A DNA stretch of 64,000 nt from Balanoglossus misakiensis. Its lineage: Eukaryota > Animalia > Hemichordata. Location: contig CM082585.2 of assembly GCA_040954595.2 (NCBI GenBank), forward strand, positions 12,580,148 through 12,644,147. Reading direction: 5' to 3'. The position numbers and the translations under genes were made by a program. The notes under the pieces were generated by a model, which made no database searches, was not told where the DNA came from, and saw only the letters and a list, made by a program, of their open reading frames with translations. The first letter of the stretch is position 1; every line of letters begins with the position of its first letter. Below are positions 28,101 to 39,900 of this stretch, in pieces.

Positions 28101-28461
28101 GGTGAAGGTCATCACACCATAGACAAATGAAAATGGGTAATCAGATAATCACTTCTCCATCTCTTAAATTAAATAATGTGTGACACTTTTATATCCGATT
28201 TAACATAAAACTTTGGGTGTTCTTCATATGTTATATAACAGACTATGTAAACATTTTTGTAGCAAGAGTATATTTATGTGATATGTCGAAATAGTTACCT
28301 CTTTAGCAAACTGGTCAAATCTACTGTCACTTACCCTCTGAACGTGGCTGTATTTATAATCAAATTTCCATTGATTACAGTACAGTTCTTGAACTCATCA
28401 ATATTGCTTTGATCAAGCTGTTCATGTCTGGATAGTTCCTGGGATCCCAACCCAGGACACA
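24998..28461 (-). CDS. Truncated EGFR/ErbB-like protein: receptor-L (domain III) + partial Cys-rich domain IV + novel coiled-coil C-terminus; 7 exons, 5' end not found
   Basis: Exons 28335-28461, 27256-27423, 26713-26918, 26337-26469, 25742-25787, 25456-25534 and 24998-25176 splice in frame (938 nt, about 311 aa + TAG), all GT-AG. Motifs CPGLG...NIDEFKNCTVINGNL, VQNITGFL, SIFSDLEVIEGRTL, GYSLVIKDTALTSLGFKSLTNIANGNVYIRRNPALCY and [25 protein letters not shown] parallel ErbB domains III-IV. AATAAA on the minus strand at about 24713-24718. Confidence 0.8.
25456..25534 (-). CDS. EGFR-like gene, non-EGFR penultimate exon
   Basis: actcag|DFIGMPEVGGGARTWNCESGELTDCL|gtaag; 79 nt, phase 0-1, bridges the neighbouring exons in frame. 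Confidence 0.65.
25742..25787 (-). CDS. EGFR-like gene, shortened domain-IV exon
   Basis: ttgcag|GLIVLSEENKECGHDE|gtaag; 46 nt, phase 2-0. Confidence 0.7.
25992..26013 (+). repeat. Poly-G tract (22 nt) in an intron of the EGFR-like gene
   Basis: Direct reading. Confidence 0.85.
26337..26469 (-). CDS. EGFR-like exon (furin-like Cys-rich module, domain IV)
   Basis: atacag|[45 protein letters not shown]|gtaag; 133 nt. Confidence 0.9.
26713..26918 (-). CDS. EGFR-like exon (end of L2 domain)
   Basis: atctag|SGYSLVIKDTALTSLGFKSLTNIANGNVYIRRNPALCYV...NRPKDLC|gtgag; 206 nt, within ORF 26627..27040. Confidence 0.9.
27256..27423 (-). CDS. EGFR-like exon (L2 domain)
   Basis: taacag|DRYKGIIGIHPFQLEVLSSVQNITGFLAVLDSGFLQESLSIFSDLEVIEGRTLYH|gtatg; 168 nt. 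Confidence 0.88.
28335..28461 (-). CDS. EGFR-like exon (start of L2 domain)
   Basis: ctttcag|xCPGLGSQELSRHEQLDQSNIDEFKNCTVINGNLIINTATFRG|gtaag; 127 nt. Confidence 0.88.
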
Positions 28462-28693
28462 CTGAAAGAGAGAGAGAGAAAAACAACTAACCTCTTGATA
28501 TTTTAACTTTACTATGTTTTTTTATACAGTAGGAAATTTAAGTGACATTGCAGCAAGGCACATTGAATTCATTCGACTCTTTTGCTGAGTGACAAAATTT
28601 AACTACATGTTATAACCCTAAATTTTATGTCATCACTTAATCTAGAAAGTTTGTCTTGACTGACATTTACGAAGATACCTAGGTTAGGGTTTA

Positions 28694-28946
28694 GGGACTG
28701 TTCAGAAATTACTTCCATGGTGGGGTTGGAGGACTTTTTATTTTCCTGGCGTTTTTTTTTCTTCTATGGTCCCCCTAGTAAATTGTGGAGAAAATCTGTG
28801 GTCCCCTCTTAAATTTCCTGGGGTTTTTCCATGGGCCCCTAAAGGATTGTTATTTTTATGTCTGATCCCCCCTAATTTTTTTGGGAGAAAATGGGTGGTC
28901 CCCCTGAAAATGCTCCGGGACCCTGGAATAAATTCTGAACAGTCCC
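28694..28946. mobile_element. PIF/Harbinger (Tourist-like) MITE
   Basis: TIRs GGGACTGTTCAGAA / TTCTGAACAGTCCC, TTA on both sides (28691-93 and 28947-49), internal repeated TGGTCCCC motifs. Confidence 0.85.
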
Positions 28947-31448
28947 TTAGGGTTTATATACAGGTCAGCTGCTGGAAATCATTTCAGAAAGTTTATAACC
29001 AAAGAGGTTAAAGGTCATCGGGATTGGTCTTAACCAGTGAGTTGACCTGGGCTGTTTTAAAGCCTACGCCATTCTGATGTTGTACTAATAAAAAGCGTCT
29101 TTTTCTCCTATATAAAGATATGTGAAAAAATACATGTTACGTATCAATTTACATCTAAACTCATTGAGAAAGACTGATCATGAAAAAAGTGTTTTCTTCT
29201 TTAAATGAACTCAGTTAGGGAGAGAAGTTACTTCAATGGTAGGTTAATGGACACTCCCCAAACTCACGGAGGAACATGCTTCAAACTGAATACATGTATT
29301 TCTAGCTGGGTAAGCAAATGCTCAGAAGCTGTTTACGGAAATGATGATTGATTCTACACACCTCTTTCTGTTGTAACAAATGGAGAACATACAGCAATGA
29401 GGATAAAAAAGTTCATGGTTGCCATGACTAGTAAACAGGTCACAGTATCCTTGGTGGTATGTGACTGAACTGTTGTTTAACGGGAGTGAACGACACTTCT
29501 GTGCATGTGCAGAAATATATAGTGTCACATGTTTACTTTATAAAGTACTTGATATCTAATCTGTTCATGGATAAACTGAAGGGGTTCGTAAGGGTTGTTT
29601 CGTGTCGGGTGAGGTGTGTTTTGGAATCTTGAACCAACCTTTGTGAATCTTCAAGAACGCAAGAAGATTTACTTCAGACCCTTGGCCAGACTCAATACGC
29701 AAAGGCCTATAGGCCAGCAAAACAAAGCTTTCACAGCACTACTTCATGAGACTATAAACCTAATATTGTTGGGTAAGAACTCGGAAGGTTACTTTGTATT
29801 GACCGGAATTTGTCAAAGAGAACTATTGTCTTGTAGGAGATTTATTGGCACAAACAATTCTTGTTCCAAACTGTGGTTTTAATACACACAATATTACAGT
29901 TGACACTGATAAAAACAAACTTTCACCAAAATTATGACTCATAGTAATACATTACCATTGCCCATTTCCCTTAATCATCATCTTCATCATTTTAAATATT
30001 TTTTTTTCAATGCTTATTTAAATGAAGTCCGATCATCAAAGTGCAATTGATTTTAGAAAGGGCAACATCTCATCTATAACATATTGGAGAACCGATCTCA
30101 AAACTATACGAATAGAGTTGCTGCAATATGGCAAATAAAGAGTTGTTGGAAAGAATCTCTATAAATCTCAATGTCTTGAAAATTGACACTCATCCGTACG
30201 TACGTATGTGTGTGTTAGTCTATGTGAGATGTACGAATTACCTAGTTTGACTCTGTAGCTACTGGCATTCCTGTACAGGTAAGTAAGTATGTAGGCTAGT
30301 CTTTTGACATGTACTGCACAATCTCGGAAATTATAAGCTTTAAAGAGCATATTTTCTTATTTTCCTCAAATTTTATCTATGAGACCTGTTTTTCAACATT
30401 TTCATATTTGTTTTTTGACTTCATGTTATGCAAAACCTCTCCAGCACCGCGATGAATTTGTTGGTTGCTGCAAAGGATCGATGAAGTAATTCGTGGGCTT
30501 CTGGCCGTTGGTGGCGTCCCGCTGCACAGGTGAGACGCTGTTTGTGATCACCTATGCAGCACGACTTATCGAGGGTCGCGACTTGGCGGGGGTCCACTGC
30601 ACCACGTGTTTAAACGCAAATAGCGCAGAACGACCCGGACTATCAAAGGAACAACAGCCTACATGATTTTGCCTGACAAGCTACGGGAATCTCTACAGCC
30701 CAAGATAAAAAACGTAGTATCTACCAGGTAAGCAGCCGGTATTTTCTACAATTACCGCTGTGACTTTTCGACTCTAGTTGGGAAAGGTGAAGACTTCCGT
30801 AATAATTTTAGCCAATTTTTCGAGAGAGAGTAGTCGGAGTACTCGCTATTGTTCCAAGTTGCGACATGATTTTCCGCTTGCAACGTGGCGCGGACGCCCA
30901 AGTGCTTTCGGTTTTCAACACCTGCACCAATTAAATCGCCTTTTCGTTAGTTTTTTGTCTGGTTGGAGAACAAGTGGTATGTAGTCGAGAGAAAACTAGG
31001 AGCTGTTGCGGTAATATTGATTGAAGTTGGAATGCTGGGGGCAAATTCAATAAATGATGTTAGGGGAGATTTTCCGGATTTTGAGCACATTTTCTGGCCC
31101 GTTTATTACTGCATGTTTGCGTGTAACAAAATCCACCTTCAAGTTCGAAACTTCGCTAGTTTTTTTGTTTCGAAACATCGTGCAGAACTGGATTTGACTC
31201 TTCCGAGCAGCGCGGCAATTGGTTAGTGTTGAAACTGTCTATCACGGTTACTAGTAACCGTGTGTTTATTAAACATTTGCGTGTCGATAATATTAATATT
31301 AGGTGTCACATTATTTTACTCTGTATTCTTGTGGGGTTCTATTATATGGTGACATTTCTTTCAAAATTAAAACTGACGGCAATACTTAACTTATTTCATA
31401 ATTGAAAATCTTCTGTCTTTTCCCACTCCCATGATAGCATGAAAAAAG

Positions 31449-31653
31449 GGATCTGGTTCACTTAGTGGACACGACTATACTCCACGGGCGATAATATGGT
31501 TTTTTAGGGTTAGGGTTAGGAGGGTTAGGGTTAGGGTTAAATTCACCCTCACATTGCCACCCCTAACCCTCCTAACCCTAACCCTAACTCACCCTCATTG
31601 CCATGGTATCGTTGCCATGGGGTATAGTCGTGTCCACTAAGAGAACCAGATCC
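31449..31653. mobile_element. MITE with ~39-bp TIRs, 8-bp TSD and internal inverted telomeric repeats
   Basis: GGATCTGGTTCACTTAGTGGACACGACTATAC... / ...GTATAGTCGTGTCCACTAAGAGAACCAGATCC, flanked by GAAAAAAG on both sides; interior has (TTAGGG)n then (CCCTAA)n. Confidence 0.88.
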
Positions 31654-32704
31654 GAAAAAAGCAACGCTGCTGAACACTGTAGAAAGGTACCATCGTTTGA
31701 ATTCGTAAGGAAAAAAACTTTCCTTTAGTCGGTGGGTTGAAATACATCGTAAGAATATATTTTAGTCTGTGACTGGAACAAAGTACAACATAATAGGAAA
31801 TGATGTTCATCTTCGTTTTCGTTACTGTTATACAACAAGCAAATCATTTCGTTTTTATCTACGCTGTGCTTTCTATCTATCAAAAATGTTCATGAAAAGC
31901 TGCATGAAAAAAACATCTTCCTAAAATCACAATTTCGTCACCATAATTATTTTCAAAAAGATCATTTTGTAGTTCAAAGATGCCATATAATATCCAAATT
32001 TTAATTACAAGTGATATATGTAACCAAAAAGGGAGGTTCTGTAACATGCATTTAAAAAACGGGGGTCCCCACACCCGTTTTCCTGTAAACCCACAAAATG
32101 TTGTTTATACTATAATATTGCATATAGTTCTACATATCCAACCGATAGAGGGTGCTGTTTAATATTCGGATGCCCGCAACGTACCTTATAAGTACAATAA
32201 TGCTTTTTGTTATAAGTTAAGTTTGGTCAACTATTTAACACAGAATTTTGCCGTATATACTGTAAACACTCAGGACTTTTTTTCGCGACAGTTAAATTTT
32301 CGCGATATCAAAAGAGGAGACTGTTACGCGACGATTAATTTTTCACGTTCGTATATTTCACTAACTGCATCGTTATCACTGTAAAACTTCCATTCTACGA
32401 TGATTTGTCGCATTAGTAGCACGATTCTTGGCTGCAAACCTTGATGTTCAAACAAATTGTGCAATGTACTGTATATCAAAGTCATGAAACCGCAACCACT
32501 TTAATGCGTACGTGTGTTGGTTTGTTTGCCAGAGTGTGCATGAATACAGCCGAGCCTGGTGTGTAAATCACACATGTTCAGGCATTTAGGTTTCCATGGC
32601 ATTGCAGTAATGGACTCCACTCTTCAATTCTACTAAGGCATGTTTTTATAGATCCGTATTCAATTTGAGTGTGTTTTATCATAGACCATGTAGGGTCCAT
32701 GATC

Positions 32705-33490
32705 GCAGATGAAGATATCTGGATGCCAAATGAAGAGAAGACACAGGTTTTTAGTCAGCATTTTAAGAGTTTATAATGAGAATGAATGGATTGCGTTCTG
32801 TCCAGTTTTCTCTTAAAGCGACAAAATCGCTTTTTGCCCTTTCAAAGATATCAAGTATACATTGATTACTCGTATTATGTTTGTGTTAAAAATTGATGCT
32901 GATTTGTAACCATCATTTTCTGTCATACAAAATCAATCTCTAAACGGTCAAAAATGAATGAATTTTGCTCCTTAATCTGTTGATCCAGTGAAGATTATGG
33001 CATTGACATTGACTTTCCGTATGCGTTCCCTTGATCACACTGGTTACTTCTGCAGAATTTCAATTATGTTAATTAGCACACTTGTTTACTATCACAGTTG
33101 AAGAGCTTCCCAATTGTTGCAGCCATTGGGAAAACTTCATGACAAGAAGGTTTCAGATTAGGACACAGTATGAATTCTCAAATCAAATTGATTCAATCTA
33201 GAAAACTGTTTTTGCCATTTCAGCCATTTTTCTAACTTCAATATTAACGTACTAACACACCATTAACTAACTATAACAACTAATACTTTGGCTGGAGTGG
33301 TATAAGCAGGCTATGAGAAACTTGTATTCTTGTGACCATTTCTATTTTTCATAATGAGCCAGTTAGAAGTATACAGATGAAATTAAGAATTGTATTCTAA
33401 TTCAATTTAAATTAGCCGTATTTCCCAAAATCTGAAAGTGAAGGTCAGGAAAATTACTCATTTCAAATTTTAGGGTACAGAATTGTTCTC
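32705..33490 (+). repeat. Diverged ~0.8-kb direct repeat, copy 1
   Basis: Colinear with 41086-41942: shared TTTTAAGAGTTTATAATGAGAATGAA, TCAAGTATACATTGA, CAGATTAGGACACAGTAT, ACAACTAATACTTTGGCTGG, AATTCAATTTAAATTAGC, GTGAAGGTCAGGAAAATTA, AATTGTTCTCTATGTATG. Confidence 0.85.
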
Positions 33491-33740
33491 TATGTATGTA
33501 TGTATGTATGCATGTATGTATGCATGTATGCATGTATGTATGCATGTATGTATGTATGCATGTATGTATGTATGCATGTATGTGTGTATGCATGTATGTA
33601 TGTATGTATGCATGTATGTATGTATGCATGTATGTATGTATGCATGTATGTATGTATGCATGTATGTATGTATGCATGCATGTATGTATGTAATGTATGC
33701 ATGTATGTAATGTATGTATGTATGTAATGTATGTGTATGT
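33491..33740 (+). repeat. (TATG/CATG)n tetranucleotide microsatellite
   Basis: Direct reading; source of the MYVC/HTYI ORFs. Confidence 0.95.
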
Positions 33741-33949
33741 GAATTCCTATTGTATCCTTGTCCGAATGTTATCTTGTCATGAAGTTCTTCCAATGTCTAC
33801 AATAGTTGAGAAGCTTTCCAACTGTGATGGTAGATAAGTTAAGCAAATTTTTTGGTAATTGTTTACTAGTGTGCTATATTATAACAGAAACTAAAATATT
33901 GAAGTATAAATGCTTTAAGTTACGCAGGAAGGATGACGACAAAATTCCA

Positions 33950-36900
33950 AATGATGCCAATAGTAGAAGTGGACAAGGACTTGGTCTTCCAGTCAGCCAA
34001 TAAAGTACTTGCATGATGGCAGATGAAGCAAGTTCAAGCATGAAGACTGATGTTAATTTCTAAATGATGCCAACGGTAGAAGTGGACAAGGACTTGGTTT
34101 CCCAGTCACCCAATAAACTACTTGCATGATGGCAGATGAAGATATTTGGATATCAAATAAAGAAAACATACAGGTTTGCATTCAACATTTTAGGAGTGTA
34201 TATAGTATTGGAACAAATCCAAACTTAACACATTCAATCAATTTTATAAAATATGTCACCACTTTCTTCATTGATCATGAATCATGTTTTTTTCCGTTGT
34301 TTTGTGAGAATATGGCGAAGAGTGAAGCCTGAAGTTGTGTATCTGAATGTTGCCATTGGTAGAAGTGGACAAGGACTTGGTTTCCCAGTCACCCAATAAA
34401 CTACTTGCATGATGGCAGATGAAGATATTTGGATATCAAATAAAGAAAACATACAGGTTTGCAGTCAACATTTCAAGAGTGTATATAGTATTGGAACAAA
34501 TCCAAACTTAACACATTGAATCAATTTAATAAAATATATCACCACTTTCTTCATTGATCATGAATCATGTTTTTTTCCGTTGTTTTGTTAGAATATGGCG
34601 AAGAGTGCAGGCTGATGTTGTGTATCTGAATGTTGCCATTGGTAGAAGTGGACAAGGACATGGTTTCCCAGTCACCCAATAAACTACTTGCATGATGGCA
34701 GATGAAGATATTTGGATATCAAATAAAGAAAACATACAGGTTTGCAGTCAACATTTCAAGAGTGTATATAGTATTGGAACAAATCCAAACTTAACACATT
34801 GAATCAATTTTATAAAATATGTCACCACTTTCTTCATTGATCATGAATCATGTTTTTTTCCGTTGTTTTGTTAGAATATGGCGAAGAGTGCAGGCTGATG
34901 TTGTGTATCTGAATGTTGCCATTGGTGGAAGTGGACATGGACTTGGTTTCCCAGTCACCCAATAAACTACTTACATGATGGCAGATGAAGATATTTGGAT
35001 GTCAAATAAAGAAGACATACAGGTTTGCAGTCAACATTTTAAGAGTGTATATAGTATTGGAACAAATCCAAACTTAACTCATTGAATCAATTTTATAAAA
35101 TATGTCACCACTTTCTTCATTGATCATGAATCATGTTTTTTTCCGTTGTTTTGTTAGAATATGGAGAAGAGTACAGGCTGATGTTGTGTATCTGAATGTT
35201 GCCATTGGTAGAAGTGGACAAGGACATGGTTTCCCAGTCACCCAATAAACTACTTGCACGATGGCAGATGAAGATATTTGGATGTCAAATAAAGAGAACA
35301 TACAGGTTTGCAGTCAACATTTCAAGAGTGTATATAGTATTGGAACAAATCCAAACTTAACACATTGAATCAATTTTATAAAATATGTCACCACTTTGTT
35401 CATTGATCATGAATCATGTTTTTTCTGTTGTTTTGTGAGAATATGGCGAAGAGTGCAGGCTGATGTTGTGTATCTGAATGTTGCCATTGGTAGAAGTGGA
35501 CAAGGACTTGGTTTCCCAGTCACCCAATAAACTACTTGCATGATGGCAGATGAAGATATTTGGATATCAAATAAAGAAAACATACAGGTTTGCAGTCAAT
35601 ATTTTAAGAGTGTATATAGTATTGGAACAAATCCAAACTTAACTCATTGAATCAATTTTATAAAATATGTCACCACTTTGTTCATTAATCATGAATCATG
35701 TATTTTTCTGTTGTTTTGTTAGAATATGGCGAAGAGTGCAGGCTGATGTTGTGTATCTGAATGTTGCCATTGGTAGAAGTGGACAAGGACTTGGTTTCCC
35801 AGTCACCCAATAAAATACTTGCATGATGGCAGATGAAGATATTTGGATGTCAAATAAAGAACACATAAAGGTTTGCAGTCAACATTTGAAGAGTGTATAT
35901 AGTGTTGGAACAAATCCAAACTTAACTCATTGAATCAATTTTATAAAATATGTCACCACTTTGTTCATTGATCATGAATAAAAAAAATTTCTGTTGTTTT
36001 GTGAGAATATGGCGAAGAGTGCAGACTGATGTTGTGTATCTGAATGTTGCCATTGGTAGAAGTGGACAAGGACTTGGTTTCCCAGTCACCCAATAAACTA
36101 CTTGCATGATGGCAGATGAAGATATTTGGATGTCAAATAAAGAACACATACAGGTTTGCAGTCAACCTTTTAAGAGTGTATATAGTGTTGGAACAAATCC
36201 AAGCTTAACTCATTGAATCAATTTTATAAAATATGTCACCACTTTGTTCATTGATCATGAATATTTTTTTTCTGTTGTTTTGTTAGAATATGGCGAAGAG
36301 TGCAGGCTAATGTTGTGTATCTGAATGTTGCCATTGGTAGAAGTGGACAAGGACTTGGTTTCCCAGTCACCCAATAAACTACTTGCATGATGGCAGATGA
36401 AGATAATTGGATGTCAAATAAAGAAAACATACAGGTTTGCAGTCAACATTTTAAGAGTGTATATAGTGTTGGAACAAATCCAAACTTAACGCATTGAATC
36501 AATTTTATAAAATATGTCACCACTTTGTTCATTGATCATGAATAATTTTTTTTCTGTTGTTTTGTTAGAATATGGCGAAGAGTGCAGGCTGATGTTGAGT
36601 ATCTGAATGTTGAAATTGGTAGAAGTGGACAAAGATTTGGTTTCCCAGTCACCCAATAAACTACTTGCATGATGGCAGATGAAGATATTTGGATGTCAAA
36701 TAAAGAAAACATACAGGTTTGCAGTCAACATTTTAAGAGTGTATATAGTGTTGGAACAAATCCAAACTTAACTCATTGAATCAATTTTATAAAATATGTC
36801 ACCACTTTGTTCATTGATCATGAATAATTTTTTTCTGTTGTTTTGTTAGAATATGGCGAAGAGTGCAGGCTGATGTTGTGTATCTGAATGTTGCCATTGG

Positions 36901-39900
36901 TAGAAGTGGACAAGGACATGGTCTTCCAGTCAGCCAATAAACTACTTGCATGATGGCAGATGAAGATAATTGGATGTCAAATAAAGAAAACATAAAGGTT
37001 TGCAGTCAACATTTTAAGAGTGTATATAGTGTTGGGACAAATCAAAACTTAACTCATTGAATCAATTTTATAAAATATGTCACCACTTTGTTCATTGATC
37101 ATGAATCATTTTTTTTCTGTTGTTTTGTTAGAATATGCCGAAGAGTGCAGGCTGATGTTGTGTATCTGAATGTTGCCATTGGTAGAAGTGGACAAGGACT
37201 TGGTTTCCCAGTCACCCAATAAACTACTTGCATGATGGCTGATGAAGATATTTGGATGTCAAATTAAGAAAACATAAAGGTTTGCAGTCAATATTTTAAG
37301 AGTGTATATAGTGTTGGAACAAATCCAAGCTTAACTCATTGAATCAATTTAATAATATATGTCACCACTTTGTTCATTGATCATGAATAATTTTTTTTCT
37401 GTTGTTTTGTTAGAATATGGCGAAGAGTGCAGGCTGATGTTGTGTATCTGAATGTTGCCAATGGTAGAAGTGGACAAGGACTTCGTCTTCCAGTCAGCCA
37501 ATAAAGTACTTGCATGATGGCAGATGAAGCAAGTTCAAGCATGAAGAATGATGTTTAATTTCTAAATGATGCCAACGGTAGAAGTGGACAAGGACTTGGT
37601 CTTGCAGTCAGCCAATTAACAACTTGCATGATGGCAGATGAAGATACATGGATGTCAAATGAAGAAAACGTACAGGTTTGCAGTCAACAAGTGTATATAG
37701 TATTGGAACAAATTCAAACTTAACTCATTGAATCAATGTTATAATATATGTCACCACTTTGTTCATTGATCATGAATCGTTTTTTGTCTGTTGTTTTGTT
37801 AGAATATGTCGAAGAGTGCAGGCTGATGTTGTGTATCTGAATGTTGCCATTGGTAGAAGTGGACAAGGACTTGGTTTCCCAGTCACCCAATAAACTACTT
37901 GCATGGTGGCTGATGAAGATATTTGGATGTTAAATTAAGAAAACATAAAGGTTTGCAGTCAATATTTTAAGAGTGTATATAGTGTTGGAACAAATCCAAG
38001 CTTAACTCATTGAATCAATTTAATAATATATGTCACCACTTTGTTCATTGATCATGAATAATTTTTTTTCTGTTGTTTTGTTAGAATATGGCGAAGAGTG
38101 CAGGCTGATGTTGTGTATCTGAATGTTGCCATTGGTAGAAGTGGACAAGGACATGGTTTCCCAGTCACCCAATAAACTACTTGCATGATGGCAGATGAAG
38201 ATATTTGGATGTCAAATAAAGAAAACATACAGGTATGCAGTCAAATTTTTAAGTGTGTATATAGAGTTGGAACAAATCCAAACTTAACTCATTGAATCAA
38301 TTTTATAAACTATGTCTTGACTTTGTTCATTGATCATGAATAATTTTTTTTTCTGTTGTTTTGTTAGAATATGGCGAAGAGTGCAGGCTGATGTTGTGTA
38401 TCTGAATGTTGCCAATGGTAGAAGTGGACAAGGACTTCGTCTTCCAGTCAGCCAATAAAGTACTTGCATGATGGCAGATGAAGCAAGTTCAAGCATGAAG
38501 AATGATGTTTAATTTCTAAATGATGCCAACGGTAGAAGTGGACAAGGACTTGGTCTTGCAGTCAGCCAATTAACAACTTGCATGATGGCAGATGAAGATA
38601 TATGGATGTCAAATGAAGAAAACGTACAGGTTTGCAGTCAACAAGTGTATATTGTATTGGAACAAATTCAAACTTAACTCATTGAATCAATGTTATAATA
38701 TATGTCACCACTTTGTTCATTGATCATGAATCATTTTTTTTCTGTTGTTTTGTTAGAATATGTCGAAGAGTGCAGGCTGATGATGTGTATCTGAATGTTG
38801 CCATTGGTAGAAGTGGACAAGGACTTGGTTTCCCAGTCACCCTAATAAACTACTTGCATGATGGCTAATGAAGATATTTGGATGTCAAATTAAGAAAACA
38901 TAAAGGTTTGCAGTCAACATTTTAAGAGTGTATATAGTGTTGGAACAAATCCAAGCTTAACTCATTGAATCAATTTAATAATATATGTCACCACTTTGTT
39001 CATTGATCATGAATAATTTTTTTTCTGTTGTTTTGTTAGAATATGGCAAAGAGTGCAGGCTGATGTTGTGTATCTGAATGTTGCCAATGGTAGAAGTGGA
39101 CAAGGACTTCGTCTTCCAGTCAGCCAATAAAGTACTTGCATGATGGCAGATGAAGCAAGTTCAAGCATGAAGAATGATGTTTAATTTCTAAATGATGCCA
39201 ACGGTAGAAGTGGACAAGGACTTGGTCTTGCAGTCAGCCAATTAACAACTTGCATGATGGCAGATGAAGATATATGGATGTCAAATGAAGAAAACGTACA
39301 GGTTTGCAGTCAACAAGTGTATATAGTATTGGAACAAATTCAAACTTAACTCATTGAATCAATGTTATAATATATGTCACCACTTTGTTCATTGATCATG
39401 AATCATTTTTTTTCTGTTGTTTTGTTAGAATATGTCGAAGAGTGCAAGCTGATGTTGTGTATCTGAATGTTGCCATTGGTAGAAGTAGACAAGGACTTGG
39501 TTTCCCAGTCACCCAATAAACTACTTGCATGATGGTTGATGAAGATATTTGGATGTCAAATTAAGAAAACATAAAGGTTTGCAGTCAATATTTTAAGAGT
39601 GTATAAAGTGTTGGAACAAATCCAAACTTAACTCATTGAATCAATTTAATAATATATGTCACCACTTTGTTCATTGATCATGAATAATTTTTTTTCTGTT
39701 GTTTTGTTAGAATATGGCGAAGAGTGCAGGCTGATGTTGTGTATCTGAATGTTGCCATTGGTAGAAGTGGACAAGGACATGGTTTCCAAGTCACCCAATA
39801 AACTACTTGCATGATGGCAGATGAAGATATTTGGATGTCAAATAAAGAAAACATACAGGTATGCAGTCAAAATTTTAAGAGTGTATATAGTGTTGGAACA

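Noticed and set aside
31500-31590. Ancient telomere-telomere fusion site (TTAGGG then CCCTAA)
   Set aside because: The tract is enclosed by TIRs and an 8-bp TSD, so a transposon structure explains it better.
32258-32400. TACTGTAAAC...TTTCGCG-rich MITE-like left end
   Set aside because: No matching right TIR found.
33402-33793. MYVC/HTYI-repeat ORFs
   Set aside because: Translations of the (TATG)n microsatellite.
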